Shown: positions 1-20,594, numbered from the stretch's first letter. The stretch is 42,935 bases of DNA from Polyangiaceae bacterium (GCA_050287085.1 JBNKBE010000034.1:1-42935); one strand, 5' to 3'. Notes: generated from the sequence alone by a model not told the origin. Made by a program: numbers and translations.

Positions 1-74
1 TTGCCGTGGTCGATGTGACCAATCGTGCCAACGTTTACGTGGGGCTTCTTCCGTACGAATTTCTCTTTAGCCAT
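1..74 (-). CDS. tuf: Elongation factor Tu, second copy (5' end only, truncated by window edge)
   Basis: Reads [24 protein letters not shown](K) from ATG at 74; nt 1-74 identical to 17292-17365; directly downstream of fusA (str operon position). Confidence 0.95.
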   Translation of the reverse strand, partial: MAKEKFVRKKPHVNVGTIGHIDHG

Positions 75-142
75 CTTCCTATTCCCTTGGCGGCAGCACT
101 GCCGCGTCAATCTAGAGTTGGATCACCCAAAGACGAGTGACG

Positions 143-2257
<2,115 letters not shown>

Positions 2258-2563
2258 GGTGTCTCTTGCGGGAGGAGGAGCTTCAGAAATGTCAGACGCT
2301 AGATAAACGAAAGCCCCCCCGGGCCTTCTGCCACTCGCCATTTGAGGGCATTGTCGTTCCGGGAGGGGAATCGGGGGGCATCAAGTCTCGCGACGCCTTG
2401 CGGCAGCGAGAAGGTGCATGCGGTCCATGTCCTGATTGGCAACTCTTATCGAGCTCGCCCAACCGACATCGATCGCTCTTGAGGCAACCCGAGCTATTTC
2501 GTGATGGTCATTTGGAGAAGGAGGCTCCTAGGGAAGCGTATTGAAGACTGACTGAGCTGGGAC

Positions 2564-3034
2564 TCACCAGCGATAATGTGAGAACGCCTTGTTTGCGTCC
2601 GCCATACGATGAGTGTCGTCCTTCTTCTTGACGGCACCCCCTCGGTTCTGCGCCGCATCGACGAACTCAGCGGCCAGGCGCTCTCGCATCGTCTTCTCGC
2701 CACGGGAGCGCGAGAACTGCACCAGCCAGCGCATGGCCAGCGCAACACGGCGCTCCGGTCGCACCTCGACGGGAACCTGGTAGTTCGCACCGCCTACACG
2801 ACGGCTCTTAACTTCAAGCTTCGGCTTAACGTTGTCTAGAGCGCGTCTAAACACGTCCAAGGGCTCTTCCTTGAAGCGGTCTGAAATGATGTCAAACGCA
2901 CCGTAGATGATCCCTTCGGCAGTACTCTTCTTGCCGTCGAGCATCAGGGCATTCATGAACTTTGCGACTAGCTTGTCGCGGTACACGGGGTCCGGCGTAA
3001 TCTTGCGCTTCGGTACTTCACGTCTGCGGGGCAT
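2564..3034 (-). CDS. rpsG: 30S ribosomal protein S7
   Basis: [10 protein letters not shown]...[14 protein letters not shown]...[15 protein letters not shown]. Confidence 0.99.
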   Translation of the reverse strand: MPRRREVPKRKITPDPVYRDKLVAKFMNALMLDGKKSTAEGIIYGAFDIISDRFKEEPLDVFRRALDNVKPKLEVKSRRVGGANYQVPVEVRPERRVALAMRWLVQFSRSRGEKTMRERLAAEFVDAAQNRGGAVKKKDDTHRMADANKAFSHYRW

Positions 3035-3055
3035 GGTTTCCTCGAGTCCTTGAAA

Positions 3056-3454
3056 TCAGTTCTTGGGCCGCTTGACGCCGTACTTCGAGCGCTTGCGGTT
3101 GCGGTTTGCCTTGTTGGTGCTGGACGGGCCAATGGCACCCGAAGCGTCCAACGTGCCCCGCACGACGTGGTAGCGAACGCCAGGGAGGTCCTTGACACGC
3201 CCGCCACGAATCAAAACGACGCTGTGCTCCTGGAGGTTGTGACCCTCGCCACCGATGTAGCTGGTCACCTCCATGCCGTTTGTCAGACGCACGCGGCAGA
3301 CCTTGCGCAAAGCCGAGTTCGGCTTCTTGGGGGTCGTGGTGTACACACGGGTGCACACGCCACGCTTGGCCGGGCAGGCCCTAAGCGCTGGAGAGGGCGT
3401 CTTTTCCTGGATGGCCTTGCGGCCTTTACGGATCAATTGCTGAATAGTCGGCAT
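3056..3454 (-). CDS. rpsL: 30S ribosomal protein S12
   Basis: [33 protein letters not shown] motifs. Confidence 0.99.
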   Translation of the reverse strand: MPTIQQLIRKGRKAIQEKTPSPALRACPAKRGVCTRVYTTTPKKPNSALRKVCRVRLTNGMEVTSYIGGEGHNLQEHSVVLIRGGRVKDLPGVRYHVVRGTLDASGAIGPSSTNKANRNRKRSKYGVKRPKN

Positions 3455-3484
3455 GGTCTCGGAGCCCCAGTTCGGGGGAGGTGG

Positions 3485-3512
3485 AGGGTATTGATCGGCG
3501 GCCGTGTGTCAA
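3485..3512 (-). promoter_or_regulatory. Putative sigma70 promoter for rpsL-rpsG-fusA-tuf
   Basis: TTGACA-N16-TACCCT on minus strand about 30 nt upstream of the rpsL start. Confidence 0.55.
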
Positions 3513-3625
3513 GCAAAGACGCCGTTTTGTGAATGACTCAGAGCAACCCCGCGAAATCTGGGGCACCCAGGGGAGGGTGCAGCCCACAAAAGAGGCCACA
3601 CCCGTCCAGTAAGAGGAATAGAAGT

Positions 3626-7879
<4,254 letters not shown>

Positions 7880-7883
7880 CTGT

Positions 7884-12002
<4,119 letters not shown>

Positions 12003-12186
12003 CTGAGCTCCTCTGAATGTGCCGAGTTTTGAGGTGGGGTTCCGGAGTCTGAAGCAAGCACGCGGCGCTTCCTTCAATCATCCAGCACGTCGCGGTCTGT
12101 TTCTCCACCGTCGCGTGCCGTGCGTCACGCGTAGTGATCGATCGTGCCCAAAACTCGATAATGAACTGAATCTAAGCCAAGCAAAT

Positions 12187-12247
12187 GCCGACGGAAATGT
12201 CGGCCTCTCAATGCGCGTGAGCACGCCCGTATCGAATACGGGCGTGC
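12187..12247 (-). terminator. Two hairpins in rplL-rpoB spacer (attenuator/processing candidate)
   Basis: Perfect 12-bp stem GCACGCCCGTAT/ATACGGGCGTGC (12221-12247) and GCCGAC-N6-GTCGGC followed by ATTTGCTT on minus strand (12187-12204); E. coli has an attenuator at the same position. Confidence 0.5.
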
Positions 12248-12281
12248 CACGTGTCTTCGTGCCTCGATGGGGTCGAAGGTC

Positions 12282-12662
12282 TTACTTGACCTCAACCTTG
12301 GCGCCGGCTTCTTCCAGCTTCTTCTTGGTGTCCTCGGCCTCTTCCTTGCTTACGCCCTCGCGGACAGGCTTGGGAGCGCCCTCGACCAACTCCTTGGCCT
12401 CCTTGAGGCCCAAGCTGGTGAGCTCGCGAACAACCTTGATGACCTGGATCTTCTTCGCGCCGCCGTCGGCGAGGATGACGTCAAACTCCGTCTGCTCCTC
12501 GGCCGCTTCGGCAGGTGCTGCGCCAGCGCCTCCGCCAGCCACTGCAACGGGAGCAGCGCTTACGCCCCACTTCTCTTCCAGCTCCTTGACGAGACCTGCG
12601 ATCTCGATGACGGGAAGGTTGGAGAGGTATGCAACAACGTCGTCTTTGCTAATGTCAGCCAT
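12282..12662 (-). CDS. rplL: 50S ribosomal protein L7/L12
   Basis: [34 protein letters not shown] 12662 with AAGGAG SD. Confidence 0.98.
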   Translation of the reverse strand: MADISKDDVVAYLSNLPVIEIAGLVKELEEKWGVSAAPVAVAGGGAGAAPAEAAEEQTEFDVILADGGAKKIQVIKVVRELTSLGLKEAKELVEGAPKPVREGVSKEEAEDTKKKLEEAGAKVEVK

Positions 12663-12794
12663 GATAATGTAACTCCTTGAAGTCTTTTGTCTTTTGGGTG
12701 GACCTGAGAACGGGTACCAGCAGCTCGATGCTGGCTCCACGGCGGGCCCGGTTTGTAGATTGAGGGTGGCGAACCAAAGGTGCCGTCGAAGGAA

Positions 12795-13310
12795 TCAGCC
12801 CTGCTCCTGCTTTGCGTTGAGCACTCGCACGAAGCTCGACGCCGGAGCGTTGAGCAACATGACGAATTGCTGTGCGGGAGCCATGAACGTCGCAAGCAGC
12901 ATCGCTCTCGCCTCGTCCTTGTTGGGCAGGGTTGCGAGCTGTGTCTCTACGGCCTTCCCGTCCAGCACCTGACCGTCGAGTAGCCCACCCTTGATCTTGA
13001 GCTTCTCATTGGTCTTTGCGTAGTCCTTGAGCAAGCGAGCTGCCGCACTGGGCTCCTCGAAGCTCCAGGCAACGGCCGTCATGCCGCGAAGATGGGCGCC
13101 CAACTTCTCAGCGTACGACTCCTCGCTCACCGCACGGCGGATCAAGGTATTCTTGAGTACCTTGTATTCGACACCCTTCTCGCGGCAGGTATCGCGCAGT
13201 GCACTGACCTCGGCCACGGTCATGCCCGAGTAGTCTACGAAGACCGCTGAGGCCATTCGTGAGAATCGGTCCTTGATGTCTGCGACCGCTTCAACTTTGC
13301 TCGCGTCCAT
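12795..13310 (-). CDS. rplJ: 50S ribosomal protein L10
   Basis: DYSGMTVAEVSALR, KVLKNTL, LATLP motifs; position between rplA and rplL. Confidence 0.96.
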   Translation of the reverse strand: MDASKVEAVADIKDRFSRMASAVFVDYSGMTVAEVSALRDTCREKGVEYKVLKNTLIRRAVSEESYAEKLGAHLRGMTAVAWSFEEPSAAARLLKDYAKTNEKLKIKGGLLDGQVLDGKAVETQLATLPNKDEARAMLLATFMAPAQQFVMLLNAPASSFVRVLNAKQEQG

Positions 13311-14026
13311 CAGCCTTCCTCCTGATTGCCACGTGAATCAACGCTCGTCGGATCCACCCGAACGCCGGGTCCCATGGTGCTGGAGACGGTGATCGAGCGG
13401 AGGTACACTCCCTTGGCCGTTGCCGGCTTCTTGGCGAGCAATTCAGCGATCAGGGAGGCTGCGTTCTCACCGAGCTTGGTCTTGTCGAAAGACAATTTGC
13501 CAATCCGGCAGTGCACGACACCCGCGCGATCTACGCGATACTCGACCTTACCGGCCTTCGCTTCTCGCACAGCCCGCCCGACATCCATGGTCACCGTGCC
13601 AACCTTAGGGTTGGGCATCAGACCACGGGGTCCGAGGATACGCCCCAGCTTACCGACGGTGCCCATCATATCAGGCGTTGCAATAAGACGATCGAAGTCG
13701 ATATTGCCGTCCTGAATCTGCTGCGCAAGCTCATCGGACCCAGCCAGGTCTGCACCCGCATCGAGAGCTTCTTTTTCTTTCTCGCCACGAGCAAAAACCG
13801 CGACTCGCACGCTTTTGCCCGTGCCATGCGGCAATACCAGAGCGCCACGAACCATCTGGTCCGCGTGCTTCGGATTGACGCCAAGGCGTACGGCGAGGTC
13901 CACACTCTCATCGAACTTGGCGAAGGCGACGTCTTTGACCACCTCTACCGCATCCGAAAGCGTGTGCTGCTTCGCTCGGTCGTATTTACCGAACGCCTCT
14001 TTCCGCTTTTTGCTAATTCTACCCAT
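13310..14026 (-). CDS. rplA: 50S ribosomal protein L1
   Basis: [41 protein letters not shown]. Confidence 0.99.
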   Translation of the reverse strand: MGRISKKRKEAFGKYDRAKQHTLSDAVEVVKDVAFAKFDESVDLAVRLGVNPKHADQMVRGALVLPHGTGKSVRVAVFARGEKEKEALDAGADLAGSDELAQQIQDGNIDFDRLIATPDMMGTVGKLGRILGPRGLMPNPKVGTVTMDVGRAVREAKAGKVEYRVDRAGVVHCRIGKLSFDKTKLGENAASLIAELLAKKPATAKGVYLRSITVSSTMGPGVRVDPTSVDSRGNQEEG

Positions 14027-14036
14027 TCAATCTCCG

Positions 14037-14068
14037 CTGGTTGTAGCGACCCGGGAAGGGTCTCCCAG
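14037..14068 (-). promoter_or_regulatory. Putative L1-binding autoregulatory RNA element upstream of rplA
   Basis: mRNA CUGG-GA-GACCC-uuccc-GGGUC-GCUACAA-CCAG: two helices around an asymmetric internal loop next to the rplA SD (GGAG), resembling known L1 mRNA targets. Confidence 0.65.
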
Positions 14069-14178
14069 TGAAGGCGGCTCGGCGAATTCCGAGCTCGCCA
14101 GGGGTGACAACTCACCCAAAAAACATTCAACACACTGACCTGAAGCGCCGGCGCCATAGACGCCGCCGCCGAGGCTTC

Positions 14179-14631
14179 TCAATCGACGACGTCGATCCCC
14201 ATGCTGCGCGCGGTGCCCGCGATGCTGCGACACGCGTTGTCGAGGTTGTTCGTGTTGAGATCTTCCATCTTGATCTTGGCGATCTCCTCGACCTGGGCAC
14301 GAGTTACGTTGCCGACCTTCTTTCGGTTGGGCTCGGGCGAGCCGGAACCTGGCTTTCCTGAGCTGGGGAGGCCTGCCGCCTTCTTCAACAGAATCGCGGC
14401 CGGGGCCGACTTCATGATGAAGGTGTAGCTACGGTCTGCGTATACGGTGATCTCAACAGGCACGACCGTGTCGCCGAGCTTGGCGCTACGAGCGTTGAAG
14501 TCCTTGCAGAACCCCATGATGTTGACGCCGTGCTGACCGAGTGCTGGACCTACAGGCGGCGAAGGGTTGGCCTTGCCGGCTGCCAGCTGCAGCTTGATGA
14601 ATCCGGTTACTTTCTTCTTACTTGCGGCCAC
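14179..14631 (-). CDS. rplK: 50S ribosomal protein L11
   Basis: [38 protein letters not shown] start with AGGAGG SD. Confidence 0.99.
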   Translation of the reverse strand: MAASKKKVTGFIKLQLAAGKANPSPPVGPALGQHGVNIMGFCKDFNARSAKLGDTVVPVEITVYADRSYTFIMKSAPAAILLKKAAGLPSSGKPGSGSPEPNRKKVGNVTRAQVEEIAKIKMEDLNTNNLDNACRSIAGTARSMGIDVVD

Positions 14632-14674
14632 TTGGGACCTCCTTCAAACATAGAAGCTCAGGACGAGCTTGCCT

Positions 14675-15256
14675 CTACGACCTTTTCTCGACATGGCTGA
14701 AGTCGAGCTCGACCGGCGTGGGCCGCCCGAAGATACTGACCATGACCTTGAGCTTCTGCTTGTCGGCTTTGACTTCTTGAACGGTGCCGGAGAAGTTTGC
14801 GAACGCTCCCACAACGACCCGAACGTCATCACCCTCGTCAAACTGTTGAGCCGCCTTCGGTTTGACGGCACCCTCGGTGATCCCTTTGCGGAGACCCTCA
14901 ACGTGCGGCGGATCAACGGGCGCAGGCTTCTTATTGCCCACAAACCCCGTGACCTTTGGAGTGTCCTTGACCAGATGCCACGTATCGTCGGTCATCTCCA
15001 TTTCGACGAAGATGTACCCGGGGAAAGTAGTCTTGTTGCGGACGCGAGTCTTGCCGTTCTTGAGCTGTTGAGTGACCGTCTCCGTGGGAACCATGATTTC
15101 CCCGAACTTGTCCTCAGCCTTGAACTGCCGGATGCGTTCCTGCAAGGCCACCTTGACCTTGTTCTCGTAGCCCGAATACGCCGTTACGACGTACCATTTC
15201 CTCTCGGTAGCGGCGTCATCGGTCCCTTTTGGGCTCTGCGTATTCTCGTCGGTCAT
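14675..15256 (-). CDS. nusG: Transcription termination/antitermination factor NusG
   Basis: WYVVTAYSGYE, FPGYIFVEM, KOW motif and VSIFGRPTPVEL; ATG overlaps secE stop (ATGA). Confidence 0.97.
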   Translation of the reverse strand: MTDENTQSPKGTDDAATERKWYVVTAYSGYENKVKVALQERIRQFKAEDKFGEIMVPTETVTQQLKNGKTRVRNKTTFPGYIFVEMEMTDDTWHLVKDTPKVTGFVGNKKPAPVDPPHVEGLRKGITEGAVKPKAAQQFDEGDDVRVVVGAFANFSGTVQEVKADKQKLKVMVSIFGRPTPVELDFSHVEKRS

Positions 15257-15819
15257 ACTCCGTACACCAAGTTGGTGATGAATCCCCAAACGCGGTCCAA
15301 CAGCCCGACGTAAAGCGTCGCAAACGCGCCTGCCACTAGAACGACCACTGTGCCCGTCGTCACGACCTCGCGCTCCGGCCAATGCACCTTGTACAATTCG
15401 GTCGCAACATCTTCCGCCCAGGACCGGATATCGGCACGACGGGCTGCATAGACCACTGCGGCGATACCAATGAGAGCACCCACTGGCATGGTGACCGAGG
15501 TGCGCTCATCTTCGGCGAAACGAAGAAGCCCCGGAAGCTGCGACACCGCGGCGGGCCACTCTGCCAGCGCATTCCACAACGCGGCGAGCAACTTGCCCGC
15601 TAGAAACGCAACAAGGACGCCACCGATGAAGAAGGCGCCCTGAACGTATTTCGCTGTGCCCAAATGCGCTGCCGCAGCGTCGAACGCTATGTCCTCCGCC
15701 TCAATGGATTCTGCAGCGGCTCGCACCGCCTCAGCCGCGTTCTCAGCGCGCTCCACCGCTGGCTCGCTCGAGGAACCCTGCTCGTCGCTGGGCGAATCTG
15801 TCTGTTCTTTGCTTGCCAT
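15253..15819 (-). CDS. secE: Preprotein translocase subunit SecE (long form, about 3 TM, acidic N-terminus)
   Basis: ELYKVHWPEREVV core followed by a TM helix; position between tRNA-Trp and nusG. Confidence 0.9.
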   Translation of the reverse strand: MASKEQTDSPSDEQGSSSEPAVERAENAAEAVRAAAESIEAEDIAFDAAAAHLGTAKYVQGAFFIGGVLVAFLAGKLLAALWNALAEWPAAVSQLPGLLRFAEDERTSVTMPVGALIGIAAVVYAARRADIRSWAEDVATELYKVHWPEREVVTTGTVVVLVAGAFATLYVGLLDRVWGFITNLVYGV

Positions 15820-15844
15820 GGCTATCGGTGTTGTTGACGGTTTG

Positions 15845-15917
15845 CAGGGGCGGCAAGGCTCGAACTCGCGACCTGCGGATTTGGAATCCGCTGCTCTACC
15901 AACTGAGCTACACCCCT
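15845..15917 (-). tRNA. tRNA-Trp (CCA); 3' CCA not encoded
   Basis: AGGGGTG...GCGGA-TTCCAAA-TCCGC anticodon arm, GTTCGA T-loop, acceptor stem pairs. Confidence 0.95.
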
Positions 15918-15991
15918 ATTGACGGCTAAGCCGTCCTGATACTCGCGATCCGATCGAGCTCTATGCGATTGCTGCGGCGCTTCCGTTGAGA

Positions 15992-16168
15992 CTATTTCGA
16001 CTCGCGATGCTCGGTATGCGCATCGCAAGCCTTGCAGTACTTCTTCAGAACGAGCGGCTCCGCGCCAACCTTCGGACGCTTGGCCTTGTAGTTGCGAGAG
16101 CCGCACACCAAACACTCCAAGGACGTGACGACCTTGGTGGAGCGCTGGCGACGGCTCTCGAAAGACAA
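15992..16168 (-). CDS. rpmG: 50S ribosomal protein L33, zinc-ribbon (C+) form, 58 aa; not in ORF track
   Basis: Hand translation MSFESRRQRSTKVVTSLECLVCGSRNYKAKRPKVGAEPLVLKKYCKACDAHTEHRESK*; canonical tuf-rpmG-trnW-secE position; TTG start uncertain. Confidence 0.88.
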   Translation of the reverse strand: MSFESRRQRSTKVVTSLECLVCGSRNYKAKRPKVGAEPLVLKKYCKACDAHTEHRESK

Positions 16169-16174
16169 GGCGCC

Positions 16175-17365
<1,191 letters not shown>

Positions 17366-17420
17366 CTTGATGCTGCTTTCCGGGTTCCAGAATCCTAAAC
17401 GTTTTCGACCGTAAGATCCG

Positions 17421-17493
<73 letters not shown>

Positions 17494-17531
17494 GGTGCGG
17501 ACTGAATGACCTACTAAACTAGGGCCACTCT

Positions 17532-17605
<74 letters not shown>

Positions 17606-17799
17606 GGGACGCTATGTGGCTGAAGACCCCATAGACCGAAATCGTGTGTTGCGTGCGACGCTACTGACTGACTGCGTGAACTGCTCTAACTCCTGATTGG
17701 CGTGTTTCCCGTTCCCCATGAGATGCCCTGGGGCCTCTTCCGATCCGCACGCGACTGCGGCCTTCAGGTTTTGTGAACTAGCCAGAATTGTTTGCGTTA

Positions 17800-17885
17800 T
17801 GGTGGAGGGTGTTGGATTCGAACCAACGTAGGCATAAGCCGGCAGGTTTACAGCCTGCTCCCATTGGCCACTCGGGCAACCCTCC
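17800..17885 (-). tRNA. tRNA-Tyr (GTA), long variable arm, CCA encoded
   Basis: GCAGG-CTGTAAA-CCTGC anticodon arm, variable arm, GGTTCGAATCC, ends ACCA. Confidence 0.95.
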
Positions 17886-17918
17886 GGAATCTTTATCCTT
17901 CTGTACTGCCTAACCGCC

Positions 17919-17970
17919 TGTCCCCGGCGAGCCGCATGTCTCCGGCGAGCCGCATGTCTCCAGCGAGCCG
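17919..17970. repeat. 18-bp tandem repeat, about 3 copies
   Basis: TGTCCCCGGCGAGCCGCA / TGTCTCCGGCGAGCCGCA / TGTCTCCAGCGAGCCG in the tRNA-Thr–tRNA-Tyr spacer. Confidence 0.9.
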
Positions 17971-18059
17971 ATCAGCGGCAGGCCCGCAGTCGGCGGCTCC
18001 ATGTCCCACGGAGGGCGTCCTTCGCGCAATTGACGGCCGCACCGCGCAGAGCGCGGTCT

Positions 18060-18135
18060 TGGAGCTGGGGAGGGGACTTGAACCCCTAACCGCCGGTTTA
18101 CAAAACCGGTGCTCTACCAATTGAGCTACGCCAGC
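18060..18135 (-). tRNA. tRNA-Thr (TGT), CCA encoded
   Basis: CCGGT-TTTGTAA-ACCGG anticodon arm, GGTTCAAG T-loop, ends TCCA; C6·C67 mismatch in acceptor stem. Confidence 0.92.
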
Positions 18136-18465
18136 GAAAAGGGTTCCGCCACCGCAAGCCCGCGAGCCATGACGGCCACTCAACCGATGGCGGTTATTCA
18201 ACCGGCACGACGATCTGGCCTCCGACAGCCCCATACCGATACGCGCCCCAACGCGGCGAGTGGTGAGGCACTCTATCTCCACGCGGGCCGCCTTAGGAGC
18301 GGTGGCGCTGGTCTTTCCAAAAGTCGAGGGGCGCATGACACAGGGTTGCCGACTGACGCCGACGACCTCCGGATGAGGCTGGCGACTAGAGTTGCCTGGT
18401 ATCTTGGGCAGCAAGCTGAACTGAAGAGACAGCGGTGCTTAGGTACCGGCGGTACGGACCGCGCA

Positions 18466-18494
18466 CTGGTAGCGTCAGGGTAGAGGCCTGTCAA
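18466..18494 (-). promoter_or_regulatory. Putative sigma70 promoter for the tRNA-tuf operon
   Basis: TTGACA-N17-TACCAG on minus strand upstream of the tRNA cluster. Confidence 0.5.
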
Positions 18495-18549
18495 GCATAT
18501 TTCGTACCGCCGGCAGGGCGCCTCCCCGAGGCTGTGCAAACACTCAGTA

Positions 18550-19764
18550 CTATTCGCCTTTCGCGTCGACTTGGCGGGCTCCAGGCAGGGCGTCGCGACG
18601 GAGCATAACGAGCACACGCCGCAGGTCTTCGCGACTATAAGGCAGCGCGTCGAGAGCCTGCTCCTCACGCAACAACGCCTGCGCCAGCTCATCGCGCGCA
18701 GCCCGTGTGCGGGCCACCCATTCCGACTGCTCGCCCGTGCGCTCGGCCATGGCCAGAGTGTGTTCGAAGACGTTCAGCCCTTTGCGCAGCAGCACGCTGT
18801 AGCGCAGGCGCATCGCCCCGAGAAAGACATCGCGCCTATCGCTCCCCACCAGGCCTTGGGGAAGGGGCATGGCCATGACGTCGCGGTGAAGCCCCTGGTA
18901 CAGGCCCCCTAGCCGAAAGCCCGCGATGGCGGTCCAGTGGGCGTCGTTAGCGCGCATCACATCCGAATAGGCGGCCTGAGCGTCCAAGAGCCACTGCGCA
19001 CGCTGCTCGAAGCGAGCGGCAAAGTCCTCCGGCAGCGGGTCGAAGCGAACACCCTCGCCGCGGCGACGCCGCAGTTCAGCGAGGGCAAAATACAGCTGCG
19101 CGATGTCTCGGGGTAAGACGCCGGCACCATCCAAGGAGGTGGTCTCCACCACCCGGCGCCCACGCCCTATGGCGTGCTCGGCGCCGTCCAGGTCACCGGC
19201 GTCGAGTCTACCCAAAGCTCGCGCGCTCAAGACGGCTACCGCCTGCAGGGGTGATAGTGGCTCGAGCCGCAGCGTTGCGACCGCTGCCTCCGCCTCCCGC
19301 CACCTTGATAGGAAGACGAACAGGCGAGAAGCACGAACGCGCGCTTCGGTTGCGTATTCGCTGGACGGATCGCTCTCGAACAAGCTCTGGAAGTGCTGGG
19401 CCGCCGCCCCATGCCGCCCCATGCCTTCCTCGGCAAGCGCAGCCAAGTAGCGAGCGCGCGCGCGAACCCTATTCGAAGGGGAGCGAAATAGAGGCGTAGC
19501 TAGCTCCAAGACGGCAGCGTAGCGCTGGGCGCGCAGATGATGTTCTGCCACAGCCAGCTGACCCTGGTCGTCCGGAAGTGTCGCAGGGGGCGAGCTCCCT
19601 TGAACGTGAGACGCAGGCGGCTGCACCGTCGCATCGGTGGACGCCTCGGGCGTCGTCAAGCTAGACGCGCGGGCACCGCCTGCCATCAGGTTCGAGGCGC
19701 CACCACATCCGGTGAGGACAACCAACGACACTAAACACCCGGCTCGCCTCAACGCGAAGCCCAT
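18550..19764 (-). CDS. TPR-repeat lipoprotein
   Basis: Signal with lipobox VLTG-C after ATG 19764 (start inferred), Pro/Ser linker, helical TPR-like repeats (ARYLAALAEEGMG..AAQHFQ). Confidence 0.7.
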   Translation of the reverse strand: MGFALRRAGCLVSLVVLTGCGGASNLMAGGARASSLTTPEASTDATVQPPASHVQGSSPPATLPDDQGQLAVAEHHLRAQRYAAVLELATPLFRSPSNRVRARARYLAALAEEGMGRHGAAAQHFQSLFESDPSSEYATEARVRASRLFVFLSRWREAEAAVATLRLEPLSPLQAVAVLSARALGRLDAGDLDGAEHAIGRGRRVVETTSLDGAGVLPRDIAQLYFALAELRRRRGEGVRFDPLPEDFAARFEQRAQWLLDAQAAYSDVMRANDAHWTAIAGFRLGGLYQGLHRDVMAMPLPQGLVGSDRRDVFLGAMRLRYSVLLRKGLNVFEHTLAMAERTGEQSEWVARTRAARDELAQALLREEQALDALPYSREDLRRVLVMLRRDALPGARQVDAKGE

Positions 19765-19894
19765 GACGCTTGCAAGCAGGACACCCACTCGAAGTGCTAC
19801 GCTAGCCGCGTAGATTCTGAAGACATCTGTCCTGTTCGAAACGCGTCGCATCACGGTTGGAAACATACTGACACCAGCCTCGCCCGCTACCCAG

Positions 19895-19910
19895 CGGCAC
19901 GAGCATTGCT
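19895..19910 (+). promoter_or_regulatory. Putative sigma54 (-24/-12) promoter
   Basis: CGGCAC-GAGCA-TTGCT matches TGGCAC-N5-TTGC with correct GG/GC spacing; points toward the gene at 20108. Confidence 0.5.
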
Positions 19911-20107
19911 AGCGGCTTGTTTTGTCTGATTGGGGGCCAAAACGAGTTGACGCCAAAAAACAGAAGAGCACTCTTATGAATTGTAGCTACGGCCGCCCAC
20001 ACGTTTGCTTGCAGGGGGGGTGGCTTGCAATTGCGGAAGTCCACTTCCCGACACGCGAGGAATGTGCGGCTGCCGCGAGCGAGAAAGTCGAGAAAGGGGA
20101 ACCGCCG

Positions 20108-20308
20108 ATGGATGCACTTCGATCACTGCACACTCTAGAGCAACTCAGGGAGGCCCACCAAGAGATGGAGTCCGAGCTCCAGACCCTCATGCGACGGAGG
20201 CACCCGACTCCGATGGAACTGCAGCGAACGCAAGTGCTGAAAAAGGAAAAGCTCCTGATGAAGGACAAGATGCGATTGTTGATGCATCGAGTGCGCGTAG
20301 ACACCTAA
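20108..20308 (+). CDS. Small YdcH/DUF465-like coiled-coil protein (66 aa)
   Basis: LEQLREAHQEMESEL...LKKEKLLMKDKM pattern; AAAGGGGA SD before ATG 20108. Confidence 0.7.
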   Translation: MDALRSLHTLEQLREAHQEMESELQTLMRRRHPTPMELQRTQVLKKEKLLMKDKMRLLMHRVRVDT

Positions 20309-20566
20309 GAGCATTGGTTGCAGTCTATCCAAGAAGCCCGGCCCCGCGCCGGGCTTCTCGCGTTGTGAGCCCACGGCCGCACTGCGACGAGAACTCGGGC
20401 TCGTGCCCAAACTCCCAGCAGTCGAACGCAAGTCTCGTCGCGCGCAGGGGACCACGCCGCAAGGCGACCTTCTACCCCCCTCCCACCGGCCGAACCCCAA
20501 ACCGCGGGGCGCGAGCAAGCTCGCTCCCCGCATCTCCGATCAAGGCGTCCCCAATTGGCAAAGCCC

Positions 20567-20594
20567 TTGACGAGGCGCGACAGCAAGCTACACC
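20567..20594 (+). promoter_or_regulatory. Putative sigma70 promoter for trmB (near-leaderless)
   Basis: TTGACG-N16-TACACC ending 10 nt before ATG 20605. Confidence 0.35.

Noticed and set aside
17893..18414. 173-aa ORF across tRNA-Thr
   Set aside because: Overlaps a tRNA gene and the tandem repeat; no protein-like features
18060..18550. Integrated element at the tRNA cluster
   Set aside because: No integrase and no duplicated tRNA 3' end (att site) seen
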